From NCBI RefSeq assembly GCF_009834535.1, contig NC_045696.1, forward strand, positions 19,904,001-19,968,000: a stretch of 64,000 bases of DNA. The letters are read 5' to 3'. The notes beneath the pieces were generated by a model that was given only the letters and a program-made list of their open reading frames with translations, did not search any database and was not told the origin of the DNA. This document shows, in pieces, positions 25,406 to 38,479 of this stretch. Within the stretch, counting starts at the first letter, position 1. Every line of letters begins with the position of its first letter. The translations under genes were made by a program, and so were the position numbers. Origin of the DNA: Camelus ferus. Its lineage: Eukaryota.

Positions 25406-28400
25406 ATAATTATTGAGAGCATACCTTGGGCCATGCTGTCTCAAAACAGTACATATACAAACAATTGATTAAAAAAGCAAATAAAATCTACAATAAATTG
25501 GACTGAAATAATTCCTGCATAGTGAATTTGAACTCCCTGTATAGAAAATAGAAAAGAATTTTCAGAGTCAGTACTTAATAAGAATCCTAATGATAAAAGC
25601 ATTCTTCTAAATAATTCAGATTATCTAGGATATGTTTCTGTGGAGCAGAGAAAATATACAGCGAGAAAAATAATCCATATATTTCTTGCATCTTGTATGT
25701 GTTCTCATATTGGTAATTCACTTTGAGGGTTAGCACAGTTTATTAATATTCAGTGCACCTAACTCAGTGCTTTGCATATTCACTTGAAAATACATGTTTT
25801 GGAAGTAAATTTAAATGACAGTTTAAATTAAAACAAAATTAGAAAATATTTTAAAAGGAGCATACAGTAAAATAATTTTATAATACCTATTAAACAGAGA
25901 ACATTGGAAAATACTATTTTTTCCATAGCTAAAATATACATGTTTAGATTCATATAACTTGATCTAGTGACACTTAATCCATGGCATTTTTAGTTTACCA
26001 GATTTTTTTTGTCAGTATATCCAAATCTCAATATTTATTCTCTCGTTATTTATATACTCTTCTTCATTCTTTGCAATGCACATGCCATCCTTGAGAAGTG
26101 GGAGAGGGGAAGAGAGCGAGAGAGAAAGAGATTACATTCACTCTTTTAATGAATACGGTCTTTAAATGTTATATAAAATTGAATTATATGATGGACTTCA
26201 AAAAGTCAACAAAGAGACTTTGGTGTGAATACAGAGGAAATTTGTTTGGGATTCTTCCTGTTTTCCTCCTTTAAACCACGCAGAATAATTTGAAGAAACA
26301 GAAAGCCAAAGCCTTAAAAGCTGAGCTGCATTTCTGGCTAAACTCAAAGACAGAATATTCTCATCATTCCCATCACCTGAAGTCACGACACAGCAGCTCA
26401 GAGGAGCAGAGCCCTGTGGGAAGACAGAAGTCGTGACCAAAGCACAAAGGAAGAAGAGGTCAGGGAACTTCTCAGTGGTACAACTCAGAAAAAGCCAGCA
26501 AAAACATGATCCCAGAAGCAAAGTCCTTCACCCAGAGGGGGAACTGCTGTGAAGAGGGCCAACATCAACCAGAGTAGGAACACTGGGCAAGACAGAGAGA
26601 AAAGGTTCATGAAGTACCCAGGTAGCCTGGAGGTGAGAAATCCCAGAGCATACCAGCAAATCTATCCATCCTAAAAGACAGGCATGGTCTGTGCCTTGGT
26701 GTCAGTAACCAGTGAGGTCACGGGTCATCAGGGCGAGACTCAGAAGACACTCTTAACCAACAGAGGTGTGGAGGGAGGAGTGAGACCACACAAAGCCACC
26801 ATCATGTATTGATACAGTCAAGCAGAGCAGCAACAGAGAGGGAGGTATTCATTCGCAAGCCCTGAAGTCTACCCAGCCCCTTCTAACTCCACTTTTCCAG
26901 ACATCCTTGAAATAAGAGGACAAGTAAAATCCAACCAATTGAAACATGAAGTTTTGAAAAGGATTTGTCACATCTCCTGTATAAAGGCACGACCAAAAGT
27001 TGGAGGGTAGGGAACAGCCAAATATTCCCACAAGTGAAAGGACATTAACCGCGAAACCCAAACCAGGAGGGAGGGCAGAGGCTCTGGCCGCAGGCAGAGG
27101 TGAAGTAGAAAGTACTGAAGTAGAACTTGGGAGAGGTCTAGAACTTTAATTTGAAGGGTAGGAACATGAATGAGCAAGAGAAGATGAGATCAGATTGCTG
27201 GGTGATAGGAAAGGCCCGAGTTTCCTTGCTATTAACTGGAAATGAGGTCAGTCATCCTGGCTTGTGCAAAAAGTGCATTTTTCTCATCTAGTGATTGAGT
27301 CAAACTATTGTAAAATATTTCCTGTAAGAGAAATCATGTTTGGATTGTGAAATGAAACAAAGCCTAAATATTTAGACCATTTGATAGTTTTCATTTCTAG
27401 TTAAAGGACAACAAAATACAAATCATGATTTTCAAGACTTAATTTTATTATTAAGCCTTCCAAATGTAAAAGCTCCATCATCCTGAAAAACAAATAGCAA
27501 TTAGAACAAATTATAGTTTTAGTAAAAGCTATAGTTCAAAGCAACATAGAACAGAAAAGAGTTGAAATTATAGTAGACTAAAAGTAATTTTTTCCTGTGA
27601 TAACAATACAAAGAGAATTCTATTTGTAATAGAATAATAATCCTTTAAGAAATATTTTCATTGTTATAAATATAAAATATTTAGATAATATTACCCAGAA
27701 GAACAATGTCTCACTATTTTTTTCTAACCAGTAAAAAAAAAACCTTGAGTTGTTCTTTACTGATCAGCATTAAGAATTGCTTGAATGGAAAATAATTTCT
27801 TTTATACTTTAAATTGTTGAGGAAGAGAAGATATGTGATGAAGGTAAACTCATGTCTAGGATCATAATTCTGATAATATTTTCACTGCTTATCACTGCTC
27901 TTGGTCTATGGAGATTGTCTTCTTTATCAAATACAAAGTACGTTTTTTATACATTGGCTATTTTGGAAATCAATAACACTTTCCTGCAAGATATATTTCA
28001 CCTTCTACTGGCAGTGCTGTCTAGCCCTTAGAGATATGGGAGGTGGGAAAAGTGATGACTAAGCCCTAGAAATTAGGGCCTTTGGGGAAAAGCAAGGACA
28101 GATACATTTGCCAATGGGTAGGGTAAAGACAATTACCAGAAAGCACTATGTCCAGACTTGCTATCAGCTTTCCAGAGGATCTAAGATAATTCAAAGCAGT
28201 TGTATTGCTGGAGAAAACACGCTACCCTTGGGTGTGAACCAGGGAACTGAGTGAATTCTGAGTGTATCTGCGGAGAACCTCAGGTCCATTGTACCAGAAC
28301 GACTTCTACAAGCTGATGCCAAGAATTTGAAGATTACTTCCTGTTATTCTTGAACTCTCCAGAGCATTACAATTAAAGTATGCTCTCCAACACTTTGAAA

Positions 28401-28741
28401 TTGAAACTAGACCCACTTCCTGAATGTGCAGGCATACAGGACAAGCTGTAAATTGCTCCTTCACTCAGTCCACATGTTGGCACCCTTTCCCAGGGTAAAA
28501 GACTCTCTCGGGCCATCTTTAGTCGTATGTGGCTTTTAGGTAATGTGACCAATTTTTCCCTGTTTGTCAGGATAATATTGTTTAAATCTGTTTTCCTAGT
28601 GTAATTATTAATAGTGTCCATTTTGACTTTAAGAGTGGTTTGGTTTGGATAATAAATTGCAAAACTGACCTCTTTGCAGAGGGTGGATAGGTGTGCTGTG
28701 TACCTTGGCTTCTTTCCTGTCTGGGGATGCGGAGAGGAATA

Positions 28742-28989
28742 GAGGGTCTCATGGCTATACTTCACACTTGGTAGCAAATTTGCTTCTGAAGGGACATTTG
28801 GCAATTTCTGGACATTTTTTTTTTTAAATGTTACAAATTGGGAGTGGGAGGAGGAAGGGGGACTGCTGTACTTGCATGAAGTGAGAAAAGACTAGAAATG
28901 TATCTCAACATCCTACAGTGCTCAGGAAACCCCTTCAACAAAGAATTATCTGTCCTAAATTGTCCACTGTGCCAAGGTTAAGAGCGCTG
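28742..28989 (+). mobile_element. MER20 (hAT-Charlie)
   Basis: GGGACATTTGGCAATTTCTGG...AACATCCTACAGTGC...CAACAAAGAATTATCTG...GTGCCAAGGTT. Confidence 0.85.
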
Positions 28990-29134
28990 TTTTAATGGGA
29001 TGGATGTTACACTAACCACGGAACCCCCTCTGCCACCAGGACGCAGACCTCTCCTTATGGGTGCTTCCCTACTAGTGTCTGTCCATTAGGGCAAAGCCAG
29101 CTCTCACTGGTTCCTTGCTCCCAAGGATGCGTCC

Positions 29135-29300
29135 TAGGACTGGCTCCATAAATGGGCGGGGCCTGATGGGAAGGAAAAACGCAGGGCTCACTGCTCAAAA
29201 ATCATTACGAATTGAATTTCAAAATAGCAAGAGCAGAGTATTAAACTAAGCTGAGAATCTCACCTGACTGCCTAGGTTGTTCACCCAGAAATTGGCCGTG
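29135..29300 (-). mobile_element. MER45A-like (hAT-Tip100)
   Basis: AGGACTGGCTCCATAAATGGGCGGGGCC...TCAAAAATCATTA...GCAGAGTATTAAACTAAGC matches the reverse of recalled MER45A. Confidence 0.75.
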
Positions 29301-30292
29301 ATGCCTGTCAACAGTAGAAGGCTAATTTATAATGAGTTAATTTTATAAAGACCCAGTTAGATGGTTGAATGTCTAATTTTCTTTAATTCTGTGGTAGTGT
29401 CGTTTAGAGACAGAACTTCGGAGATTTAAAACATTCTGCTGATTGGGTCAACTTGACCAGTTATACACTATGTTTCGATTTTTAAAAAGGTCTGAAACAT
29501 TTTGAAAACTAAAAGCATCGATGTACACTTTCCTTCTACTTCTAAGGAGAGGAAAACTCATAAAAATATTTAGCCTAAGAAACCCCTAATAAACAGACGC
29601 TTGTTTCATTATCTTAGCTGGTCCATCACGGTTAGAGCCTCTCAGACAGACCATTAAGGACATCCTTTGGCGCCGTTTACACTAGTGCTGCACTGAGGTG
29701 GTGTTAGAATGCCGATAGTTAGAAATAATTAAGGTATTCATTCTCCTTCACATCCCAAAGCATATCTATATTAACTAGTAGTTTCAACTCTTTTTTTCTC
29801 TCAAGGACATTAAGGCTTAAGACGTTGGATTATGGTACCATCAGCTTTTTTTTTAATCTTCATTGTATTTCCACCCAGTACATGCTTGCCACCACTGTCA
29901 CCCTTTTCAAAATGTTAAGGAGGTGTCTCTCAAATGTATTGTTTCGTCTACTTTTGTACATCCTACTTACCCTCTGCCTTACCTAGTCATAAGCACTGGC
30001 TTCTTTACAAATAAACTTTCTTTACGTTTGGCTTACAGCAATAGTTCAGCACTTTTCAACTTTACCACTAAATCATAATTTGGTCACAGAACAAAAAGTC
30101 ATGTAATCATTTGTTTTCTCAACACAGATCCATAGAGATTTGAGGTAGGGATACAGTTTGGATTTTAAAGTGATATAGCCATCTGAGCACAGAGACAACA
30201 AGGGTTTTGAGAAGAGACAGGTTTTCACATTCCATATAGCAACATTTCTTTCTGAAAAGGTAGGGAACATCTTCATTTTTGATGCCTTTAAA

Positions 30293-30485
30293 CAGTGTTT
30301 CTCGACCTTATGGGCTGGATAATGATGGGAAGGCAGTTCTGTACACTGAAGGATGTTGACCAGCATCCCTGACCGCCTTCCACTAAATCATAGTAACACC
30401 TTCCCAGTAGTGAAAACTGAAAATGTTTCCAGACAGGGCAAAATGTCCCCTGGAGGGAAAAATCAGCTCTGGTGGAGCACCACTG
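30293..30485 (-). mobile_element. MER20 (hAT-Charlie), near full length
   Basis: CAGTG...CACTG termini; AAGGATGTTGACCAGCATCCCTG, AAAATGTTTCCAGACA, AAATGTCCCCTGG. Confidence 0.85.
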
Positions 30486-31312
30486 CTTAAAAACAAATCT
30501 AAAACAAATATATCAGATTTTCAGGTTGAATTTCTCTTTATATTTCCCAAAGGAGCTCTGTGAATTTTCATACAGTGATCTATAAAGCTACTCAGACAAA
30601 GCGTATTAGACAAATGAAATAGAGATTCTATTTTATTGATGTAATAACAAATCTTCCCAATACAATGAATGTGTTTATCTTTATATTAAATTTAAAAAGA
30701 AAATGATGTGGCCTAGAGTTGTGCTTTGACATGTTAAACTCAAATAGTACTTTCATTGTCATTGTACTAATATCACAAATTGTACTAAGGTCAAAATGTG
30801 CTCATCGCATACACCAAAACAGGGCAACAAAGGTGGCATTGACTTTGAAACTGGACATGTGTTCCCTTCTCACACATATTCCCATAATCATGTCATTTTA
30901 GGCTGTCTCTACTTAACAATACAACCATCTGAACAAAGAAGAAAATCAAACACTGCATAAAAGATGAACCATAACTATTTTCACTGATTTTTTTTACTAT
31001 GTACTTGCACAGATTCCCTGGATCTTTTATGTTTATGATTGTCTTTATCCTCAAAGGGTGAAGCAATCACACTGTTGTACATGAATAGTAGATAAAGGAT
31101 GAATTAACTATCATTGGGATGGATTCCATTCAATTGATTGACCTAGAAAATGTGCTTAGGCATACTTCAGTGATCGTTAAATTACATACATCTACAAGTT
31201 ATGTACCCTATTTTTTAAAGTATCTTTATAATTAGCCTTTATTTAACATCTCCCTATTTTCTGTCATTCCAGATAAATTCCAGAAATTTGAATTCCAGAA
31301 AATTCAAAATCA

Positions 31313-31346
31313 TACACACACACACACACACAAATACACACACACA

Positions 31347-31379
<33 letters not shown>
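31313..31379. repeat. Interrupted (CA)n microsatellite
   Basis: Seen directly. Confidence 0.95.
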
Positions 31380-31382
<3 letters not shown>

Positions 31383-33050
31383 AAAATGTAGGTTAGAGCA
31401 GGAGAGATGATTATGGGTTAACACTATTCCTATACATTGTCCATTACTGGAAACTAAAAATGATTAAGACAGAATAGTTGCTTCAGCAAGAGACTAGTAA
31501 GCTGAATTTAGTGAACTAGTAAAATTAGATTATAGAAAACTTAGCTTATTTTTTAAAAAATCAATTACTTTAAAAATCATTCTACCTATGTTTTTAGGTT
31601 AATTGTTTCGTTGTTTTCCTCCTAAATTGAAAATGAGAAGTGAGACATGTTTAAGCTATCAATAAAAATATTATTTCTCTATCTTGACTTTTATTGCATG
31701 ATTATTTATTTGCATCATACTGTAATTAAAATTTGAGGGGAGGTAGCAGTAGTTTAGTAAGCATGCTTAATACTTGACTAAGCATGAGCTTTGCTTTTAA
31801 ATGATGTTTATATTTCAGGGAGGGTCTGGAGTAAGATTTAGTGAAAGCATTGATTTTCCAATATTACCAAGAGAAGAAGTTCTGTAGAAAAAGGGACTTC
31901 CTTAATGTCTTGTAATCATTTAGCAACTAGAAATGCCTCCACTTTGTAGTCTGAAATGAAAAAGGATTTGAATATGCAAACATGAAAAACCTCTAGCATG
32001 TAGATTTCTAAGTCACTCTTGGTATTATAGTCCTACCACTTAAAAGTGAATTATTTCAGAAAAATATTTCAATCAAGGCATAAAATATAATAGACAATCA
32101 ATATGCAGAATGCCAGCAAAACAGCATATAAACTATGCATTTTTCCTTGTTAAAGTCTTATGTGAGCCATGAATTATGCAAAACAACCAAGAGATCCTAT
32201 TAAAAAGGTGATATATCTTCAGGATCCTAAGGCACGAAAGACCATTTGAGCTTTCCTCTCAAGGTTATGACAGAGTTATCAGAAGTCCTCAGAGTCTGAA
32301 AGTTTTAAATGGGAATAGGATAGTGAGGATATATTGCAAATTATATGCTGGTGAAAGAGAAACACTACAGAAAAAAAAAAAAATTTAATGATGTAATCAA
32401 AATCATTTATTTAGGAGGTCACTCATTTGTTCAAAAGCACAATTTACAAAGTAATAGCCTGACTACAGCAGTGATGTCACTGGTTAGTGCATAGCCTTTG
32501 AAGAAGTTTCCATTAATATGCAAAACATATCACCCAATAAGAACTGATATTTGTCAGAATTCATTGTATTCTTAGATGTCTCATTTAATGCTTAAAACAT
32601 GCTTGTTAAATTATTGGAATTATTAGTAATAACACTGCCACTCAAACATGACTAGGAGACCCAGATTAGTTAAGAGAGATCACAGAAGAGTAGGTTCAGA
32701 TGGTCTGTTGCCGGCAAGATTATGGATTTAACACTTTAAACCGCTGTCCTGTTGGTAAGCCACCTAAACTCTTGGATCAGATATGCAAAATCTGCATAGT
32801 CAGCTAGTTTTTTTCTTCACATAATCCTCACCAGTTTATTAGTTTTTCCCCTTAATAACCAATTATTTTGGCAAAAGTAAGACGGATGAATTTCAGCCAA
32901 ATGTGTCTACAGAACCAAGAGTTTAGACAATCTTATTAGCCAATGAAAGGAATGACAAGATGCCTTTGGCACCTTTCAACAATATAATTTTTACCCCACA
33001 GTTTGTCTGATTTCAATAATCTATTATGGGCTGCTGTTAAAACCCTTCAA

Positions 33051-33096
33051 ACACAGACACACACACAGACACACACACACACCCCCACCCACACAC
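33051..33096. repeat. Imperfect (CA)n
   Basis: Seen directly. Confidence 0.85.
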
Positions 33097-33233
33097 CAAG
33101 CAGTTTCAATTCATATAAATGCATAGTAGTAACCATAGCATTTACAAGATAAAGGATTAGAAAGAAACAAAGCATAACATATAATGCTATTTTGAACACT
33201 TGGAAATACAACTTAATTGAGTCCATTTGGGAA

Positions 33234-33475
33234 TACCTTCCCTTGGTATCCTCCAGATACTGGTTCCAGGACCCCAGAGGGCACCAAAGCTCAAGTCTCT
33301 TACATAAAATGGCATAGTATTTGCATATAATCTACTCACATTCCCCCACATACTTTAAATCATCTCTAGATTTCTTATACCTAACATGATGTAAAAGCTA
33401 TGTAAATAATTGCAGGTGTGCAGCAAATTCTAGTTTTGCTTTTTGGAACTTTCTGGAATTTTTTTTTCTGGGATA
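33234..33475. mobile_element. MER2/MER2B (Tigger) fragment
   Basis: TGGTTCCAGGACCCC...GCTCAAGTCTCTTACATAAAATGGCATAGTATTTGCATATAA...TACTTTAAATCATCTCTAGATT. Confidence 0.85.
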
Positions 33476-33479
33476 TTAT

Positions 33480-34315
33480 AGTCTCCAAATAGATGACAGT
33501 ATTCACCTTGGGAGGCAGAGATGGGGGGCCGTGGGTCCAGAAGGAAGGAGAAGCCGGGGTACATCCCTCTCCTCTCTGTATCAATTTGTTAGGGCTGCCA
33601 TAACAAAACACCACCGACTGGCTGGCTCAAGCCACAGGTGTTTGTTCTCTTACAGTTCTAGGGGTTACAAGTCCAAGATCAAGGTACCGCAGGTTTACTT
33701 TCTCTGAGGCCTTTCTCCTTAGCTTGCATGTGGCTGCCTTCCTATGTTTTCTCCTATGACCTTTCCTCTGAATGCATGCATCTCTGGTGTCTCTTTCATG
33801 GTCCAAATTTCCTCTTCTTACATGGACTCCAGTCAGATCAGATTAGAGTCCATGTATATGGCCTCATAATTTCATCTCTCAAGGCTCTGTCTCCAAATAC
33901 AGACACATTCTGAGGTGCTGGGGATCTGGGGGCTTCAACAGATGACTTTTGATTGTGGGACACGATTCAGCCCATAGCATTCTCTCTCTCTCTGTCTCTG
34001 GAGGATATCCTAACAAGGACGGCATATCCTTCATGGTTTCATCACCCCCCGGATATGTCTGCAGCTCTCCAGGGACAGTGGCTGCAGCTACCACTGCATA
34101 GATCCTGTGTTGCTCCAGCTTTTGTTTGGGGTGATTTGGGCAATTCCTGCTCCTCTCATTTCTGTCTCCACTGGAAAAGGGGAAGAGGTTTCTGCTGTTA
34201 TTAACTGTGATGCCACAGCATCTTCTGTTTGGTTGCTCACTCTTCCATCTGTAATCAGTTCCCTGGAGTAAATTCTCTTTGTTTTCAAAACAAGGTTGAG
34301 TTTCTTCTCTTGTAA
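33480..34315 (+). mobile_element. LTR33-like ERVL LTR interrupted by MLT1A
   Basis: 3' part TTTCTGCTGTTATTAA...CTGTTTGGTTGCTCACTCTTCCATCTGTAATCAGTTCCCTGGAGTAAATTCTCTTTGTTT resembles LTR33. Confidence 0.6.
33577..33979 (-). mobile_element. MLT1A-like MaLR solo LTR
   Basis: TGTATCAATTTGTTAGGGCTGCCATAACAAA...GGGACACGATTCAGCCCATAGCA; 5-bp TSD CTCTC/TTCTC. Confidence 0.9.
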
Positions 34316-35539
34316 AAGAGAAAGTAAATAAATACAGACACAGAAAGAGTAAATGAATCAATGCTTGAAAAGTCGGGAGAACAGAGATCATTGTGCAGTA
34401 AGCACCACGCATGTTTAAATAAGTGAACAATGTTTCTTTATTCTGTGAACATTCTGTGAACAACTTCTCTGCCTCCCAGGAAATGATAAACAGTTTCAAA
34501 ACTGCACCACTCAAGCTCTTTGCTGTGACTCTTCCCTTTCAATAAATTGTTGTTCCTAAAAAGTGAAGATGTGGAGGAAAACTTGGGCATTTTGGTGGAT
34601 ATGTAAAATTTTATTTTTCAAAATGTAAAGAGAGACTGAATAGAACAGGTTTTCTGGACTAAGTTATAGTCTTAGTTCTGTCGTTTCTAAAATGGTTTTC
34701 TCTCTTTTACAGTGATGCATGGGTTAATATGAGGGAGCTTTCATTTTAATTTGTATTCTTAAAATCTGTGTTCTAATTCTGGCTGTGTTCCTCTATAGCC
34801 ACTCACCATTTTCTCATCTATAGTTTAGAGAGGGTGACATTTACTGGAAATTTTGTGTAAAGATTAAATGTGAGTTGTTTTTCCAACCCCACTCCTTTCT
34901 TGTCTTTTCCCCATCATCATTTTACTATAACTTGAATTAATTTACCCCCTCTCTGGGAACAATCTCATTATGCCATAATTCTAAATGTGAATTAGACCTT
35001 ACCCCGAAAGATTTACAAATTTGACAAAAGGAGAATTACATCACCAAGAGACATTTTATTGATACATCTTTTTGGTACCTCACTTTGTAATTTCAACTGT
35101 GTAACCCCACTGCTGTGCGCGCGCACGCACATACACACACATAATTCTCAGCACTGCAGCATCCACTCATTCTTTCTTCCCTCATTTGGTCCTTTCCAAT
35201 GGTTTCATTGTCTTTCTCAGTTTGTTCTCTAGTGAAAATTAACTGTTTAGATTCTCCTCCTCTTTCCAGGGCTTTTCTTCTCTCAGCCCATGATCCTCCC
35301 AAATATGAGTCCAGAAACAAAACAGCACCAACCCAGCAAGATGCACTATGACAAACGCACTGTAACGTTTTCGTTCCTAGTCAGTATACTCACTACCCAC
35401 CAGCAGAACAAAAAAAATCTACAAACAAGCAAGCAAAGAAAACACACACACAAACATGCACACACATGCACATACAACCAGACAATCCTTGTATTTTTGC
35501 CTCTATGATTCTGGACATTAAACTACAAAGGTCTGTTTT

Positions 35540-36990
35540 GCTTTATTGCCAAACTTCTTGAGGAAGTGGTCTATTTACACTGTTCCTTTTCTCTTATCAA
35601 TTATTCTGACCTCAACTCCATGAATTCAGGTTTCTTTCCTTGTCATTGTATTCTAAATATTCTTGCCAATGTTCCCAATGACTTAAAGATTATCTCTAAG
35701 GATATTTTGTCAGTGTTGTCTGCTTCGACCTCTCCGTAACCTTTAGGGTTCCTGGCCATTGAACTCGTGCTTTTTCTTATATTTTCTCCAACAGATTTGG
35801 TCTTATCTGCTCAGTCTTTTCAGAGGCTTCTTTTTTTTTCTTAAATTTGCCTTGTTTTTATTTTACTTTATTATTAAAGTATAGTCAGTTTACAATGTTG
35901 TGTCAATTTCTGGTGTACAGCATAATGTTTTGGGTTTTTTTTAACTTTTTTATTGATTTATAATCATTTTACAATGTTGTGTCAAATTCCAGTGTAGGGC
36001 ACAATTTTTCAGTTATACATGAACATATATATATTCATTGTCACTTTTTTTCAGAGGCTTCCTTTTTTATTGGACTGAAAAGCTGGTTTTCTGGAAAATT
36101 GTATCCACTGGTTTGCTCCTTATAGCTTGATGTGTAAGACCTTACCTACAACTGTGGCATTATTGACTTCCTAGACACAGAAACTCACAAACACTGATGT
36201 TTGAAGTTGATCTTTGTTTCAGACACCCCTGGGTGATCATCTAATTAACTCTATATGAAATATTTCCCAGTGGAAGATCTTCAGGCAGGTCATATATTTA
36301 AAGATGTGGAGTTGAACTCACCATGTTCTTCCCAGACTTGTCCCCATAGCCATGAATAGTTCCACAATCGAAAATTTTTCCTACTCCTAAAATCATCTAC
36401 TTCCAATACTCTCTCCATCTAAGTATAGACACATAATTATAGCCCCTGAATAGATAAACTCTCCTTGCCCCATTAACACTGTTACAAACTTTCCTCCTAT
36501 TCTCAGGGGTTTCTATTTAGTGATCAGCAAATTTCCCCCCATCTCCCTTCTCTTTGTGTTGCCCACCTTCTGCCTGGAACACCTACTCCCACCTCAAACC
36601 ACATTTCCTGCAGCTCTGGCATATTCTTCCACAAACACAAATGTAATTAGTTGTTCTCTACTTGAAATAGTTCCTGTAGCACCCTATTAACTACAGGGTG
36701 CAATGCACATCCTGACTATGGCTGTAAGGGTGGTTATGACTTGGTTTCTTCTCACAGTCCCAAGCTTAGTTCATCATTTCATGTTTCATGTTCTGCTCTC
36801 TAACCATACGAACAGCTTGGAAATCAATGGGTCTAACCATAGGATCTTCATTCAACAATGTAACTCCAGTTTATCTCTCCGTCTGGTGTCCTCAAACACT
36901 TTTTCTTTGCCCTGCTAACTCTAGTCAGGGTATGTTTGTTCATGTGTTTTTGAAAATTCAGTGTATATGCATCCACTGTTAGGAGGCCTT
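35540..36990 (+). mobile_element. Degraded L2 body, interrupted by the L1 insert at 35817-36061
   Basis: Pyrimidine-rich L2-like motifs, e.g. TTGAACTCACCATGTTCTTCCC and CTTCTGCCTGGAACAC. Confidence 0.5.
35817..36061 (-). mobile_element. Young L1 insert: two tandem camelid-type L1 3' tips inside one 14-bp TSD
   Basis: TTTTCAGAGGCTTC at 35817-35830 and 36048-36061; TTTACAATGTTGTGTCAA occurs twice inside. Confidence 0.88.
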
Positions 36991-37049
36991 TTTTGATTAC
37001 TCAATCAGTGTAAATTTTAAAGATGACAAGAAGCTAGAAAGGAATCAGC

Positions 37050-37535
37050 TCCTGCTGTATTCACTCCTCAGAGCACGCTGTGTCCTGCCGCCTGTATTAC
37101 AGAATCTGGGAAGCTAAATTTCCTTCCCCAGTCTCCCTTGTGACTGGAACTATGGTTATTTTGAGATTCTATCAATCATATGCAATCTTAAAAACCTGAA
37201 GTTGAAGCCCATTTATGAAAAGACAGAATGCTACCACGTTTTTGTACATGAGCCATCCATTTGCAATCGGTGATCAAGCAGAGAAAGTGTGGTCTAGAGT
37301 GAAATATGGAAGCAGTGGGTCTCGGATCCATGGGCAGAAGCGGTAATGGTGTATTTCTGGAGACAACAGCTGTAGCAATGGCTTACTGATTCCCCAAATT
37401 CTTGATTGTGTTACAGAGAAACAACTTTTCTGGAGGCCTCAACTAGATCTTAGAATGTGCTACTCTGGGTTTACCAGTGATTGTGTAAGCACCACTCTGT
37501 GTTGTGAACGCCATCCTATTTAAAATAGCAGAACA
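37050..37535 (+). mobile_element. LTR33-like ERVL LTR
   Basis: GAATCTGGGAAGCTAAATTTCCTTCCCCAGTCTCCCTTG...CCAGTGATTGTGTAAGCACC. Confidence 0.55.
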
Positions 37536-37539
37536 CCTT

Positions 37540-37700
37540 CACAGAAATTCTATCAGGTAAATAACATAATTGTTTCCATTATATAGATGAAGAACCTGAG
37601 GCAGAGAAAGTAAATCTTCTAAAGTTTCACGGAGAGTCAGCAGTTAATCCAACAGATGAACTCAGGCATTCTTTCCCAAATTCTGCCTAAATCTCTACCA
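37540..37700 (-). mobile_element. MIR
   Basis: TTGTTTCCATTATATAGATGAAGAACCTGAGGCAGAGAAAGT (MIR core, reverse). Confidence 0.75.
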
Positions 37701-38479
37701 TCAAGAATCTCTTCTGTATTGTCAAATTTGCTGTAGTCTTCAGTCTGGCAAACACTGGGATTTGATTTCATAAGAACATGTTGGACCCATCCAATCCTAG
37801 TTGTAAATTTGTATTAAATCAGCTCACAGCAGAAGGCCACTTCTTAACAAAAAAGAAGTGGAATTCCCACAGATATGGAAATGCTTATCTAGGCCTAACT
37901 AGCACGACTTTTTCATCCTGTAGGAGACCTATAGGAGATGACACATCAAAATTAAAATGTGTTTGGTCAGCATGAAATAATAAGCAAAAATTAAAGGAAT
38001 AAAAAATTTAATGGCTTCCATATCTATAAAGGGTGTGGTCTTGAATATGGGAGTAGATTCTTGGAAGTCATTTGCTTTTAACTCCTTGCATAACTCTTAA
38101 TGATATAATTAAACTTAGCAGCAGAACTGGAATAATCAAAAGCAATTTGGCTAAGAGCCCCCCTCCCATGGGCTGCTCTTTGATTAAAACTGTATACATT
38201 TGATGTTCTGTGTCTTAATCTTGTGTCTTAATCTTTTCCATTGGCCGACCTCTCTTCTGAGTCGCCCCTTTCTTCCCTAGGTCTGATACTAAAATTCAGT
38301 AAATTATTGCTTATGTCTTCAGGCTTTGGGACCATTGTTTCTTTGTAAATTTGTTTATCACTCAAAAGGTAATGTTGTTTACCTTCCCTTAAATTTCTTA
38401 GGGAAACCTCGGTGGGCCCTTCTCTTATCCCAGTACAAGGTCTGTACTGCCTTCAATGCTTATCATCCCTTACAGGTTT

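Noticed and set aside
28373..28804. 143-aa minus-strand ORF
   Set aside because: Non-ATG start inside MER20; no recognisable homology or convincing splice boundaries.
31266..31305. Short repeats of ATTCCAGA, CRISPR-like at a glance
   Set aside because: Only 8-bp units with tiny spacers in mammalian DNA; ordinary slippage, like the 13-bp duplications near 38210 and 41666.
31586..31621. Minus-strand segment with a good acceptor and a GT donor
   Set aside because: Stop codons in all three frames.
33879..34514. Longest ORF (211 aa, minus)
   Set aside because: Non-ATG start; it runs across LTR33-like and MLT1A sequence; no recognisable domain.
35105..35145. TGTGCGCGCGCACGCACATACACACAC as a Z-DNA or CpG island signal
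   Set aside because: A short microsatellite edge with no extended CpG-rich region around it.
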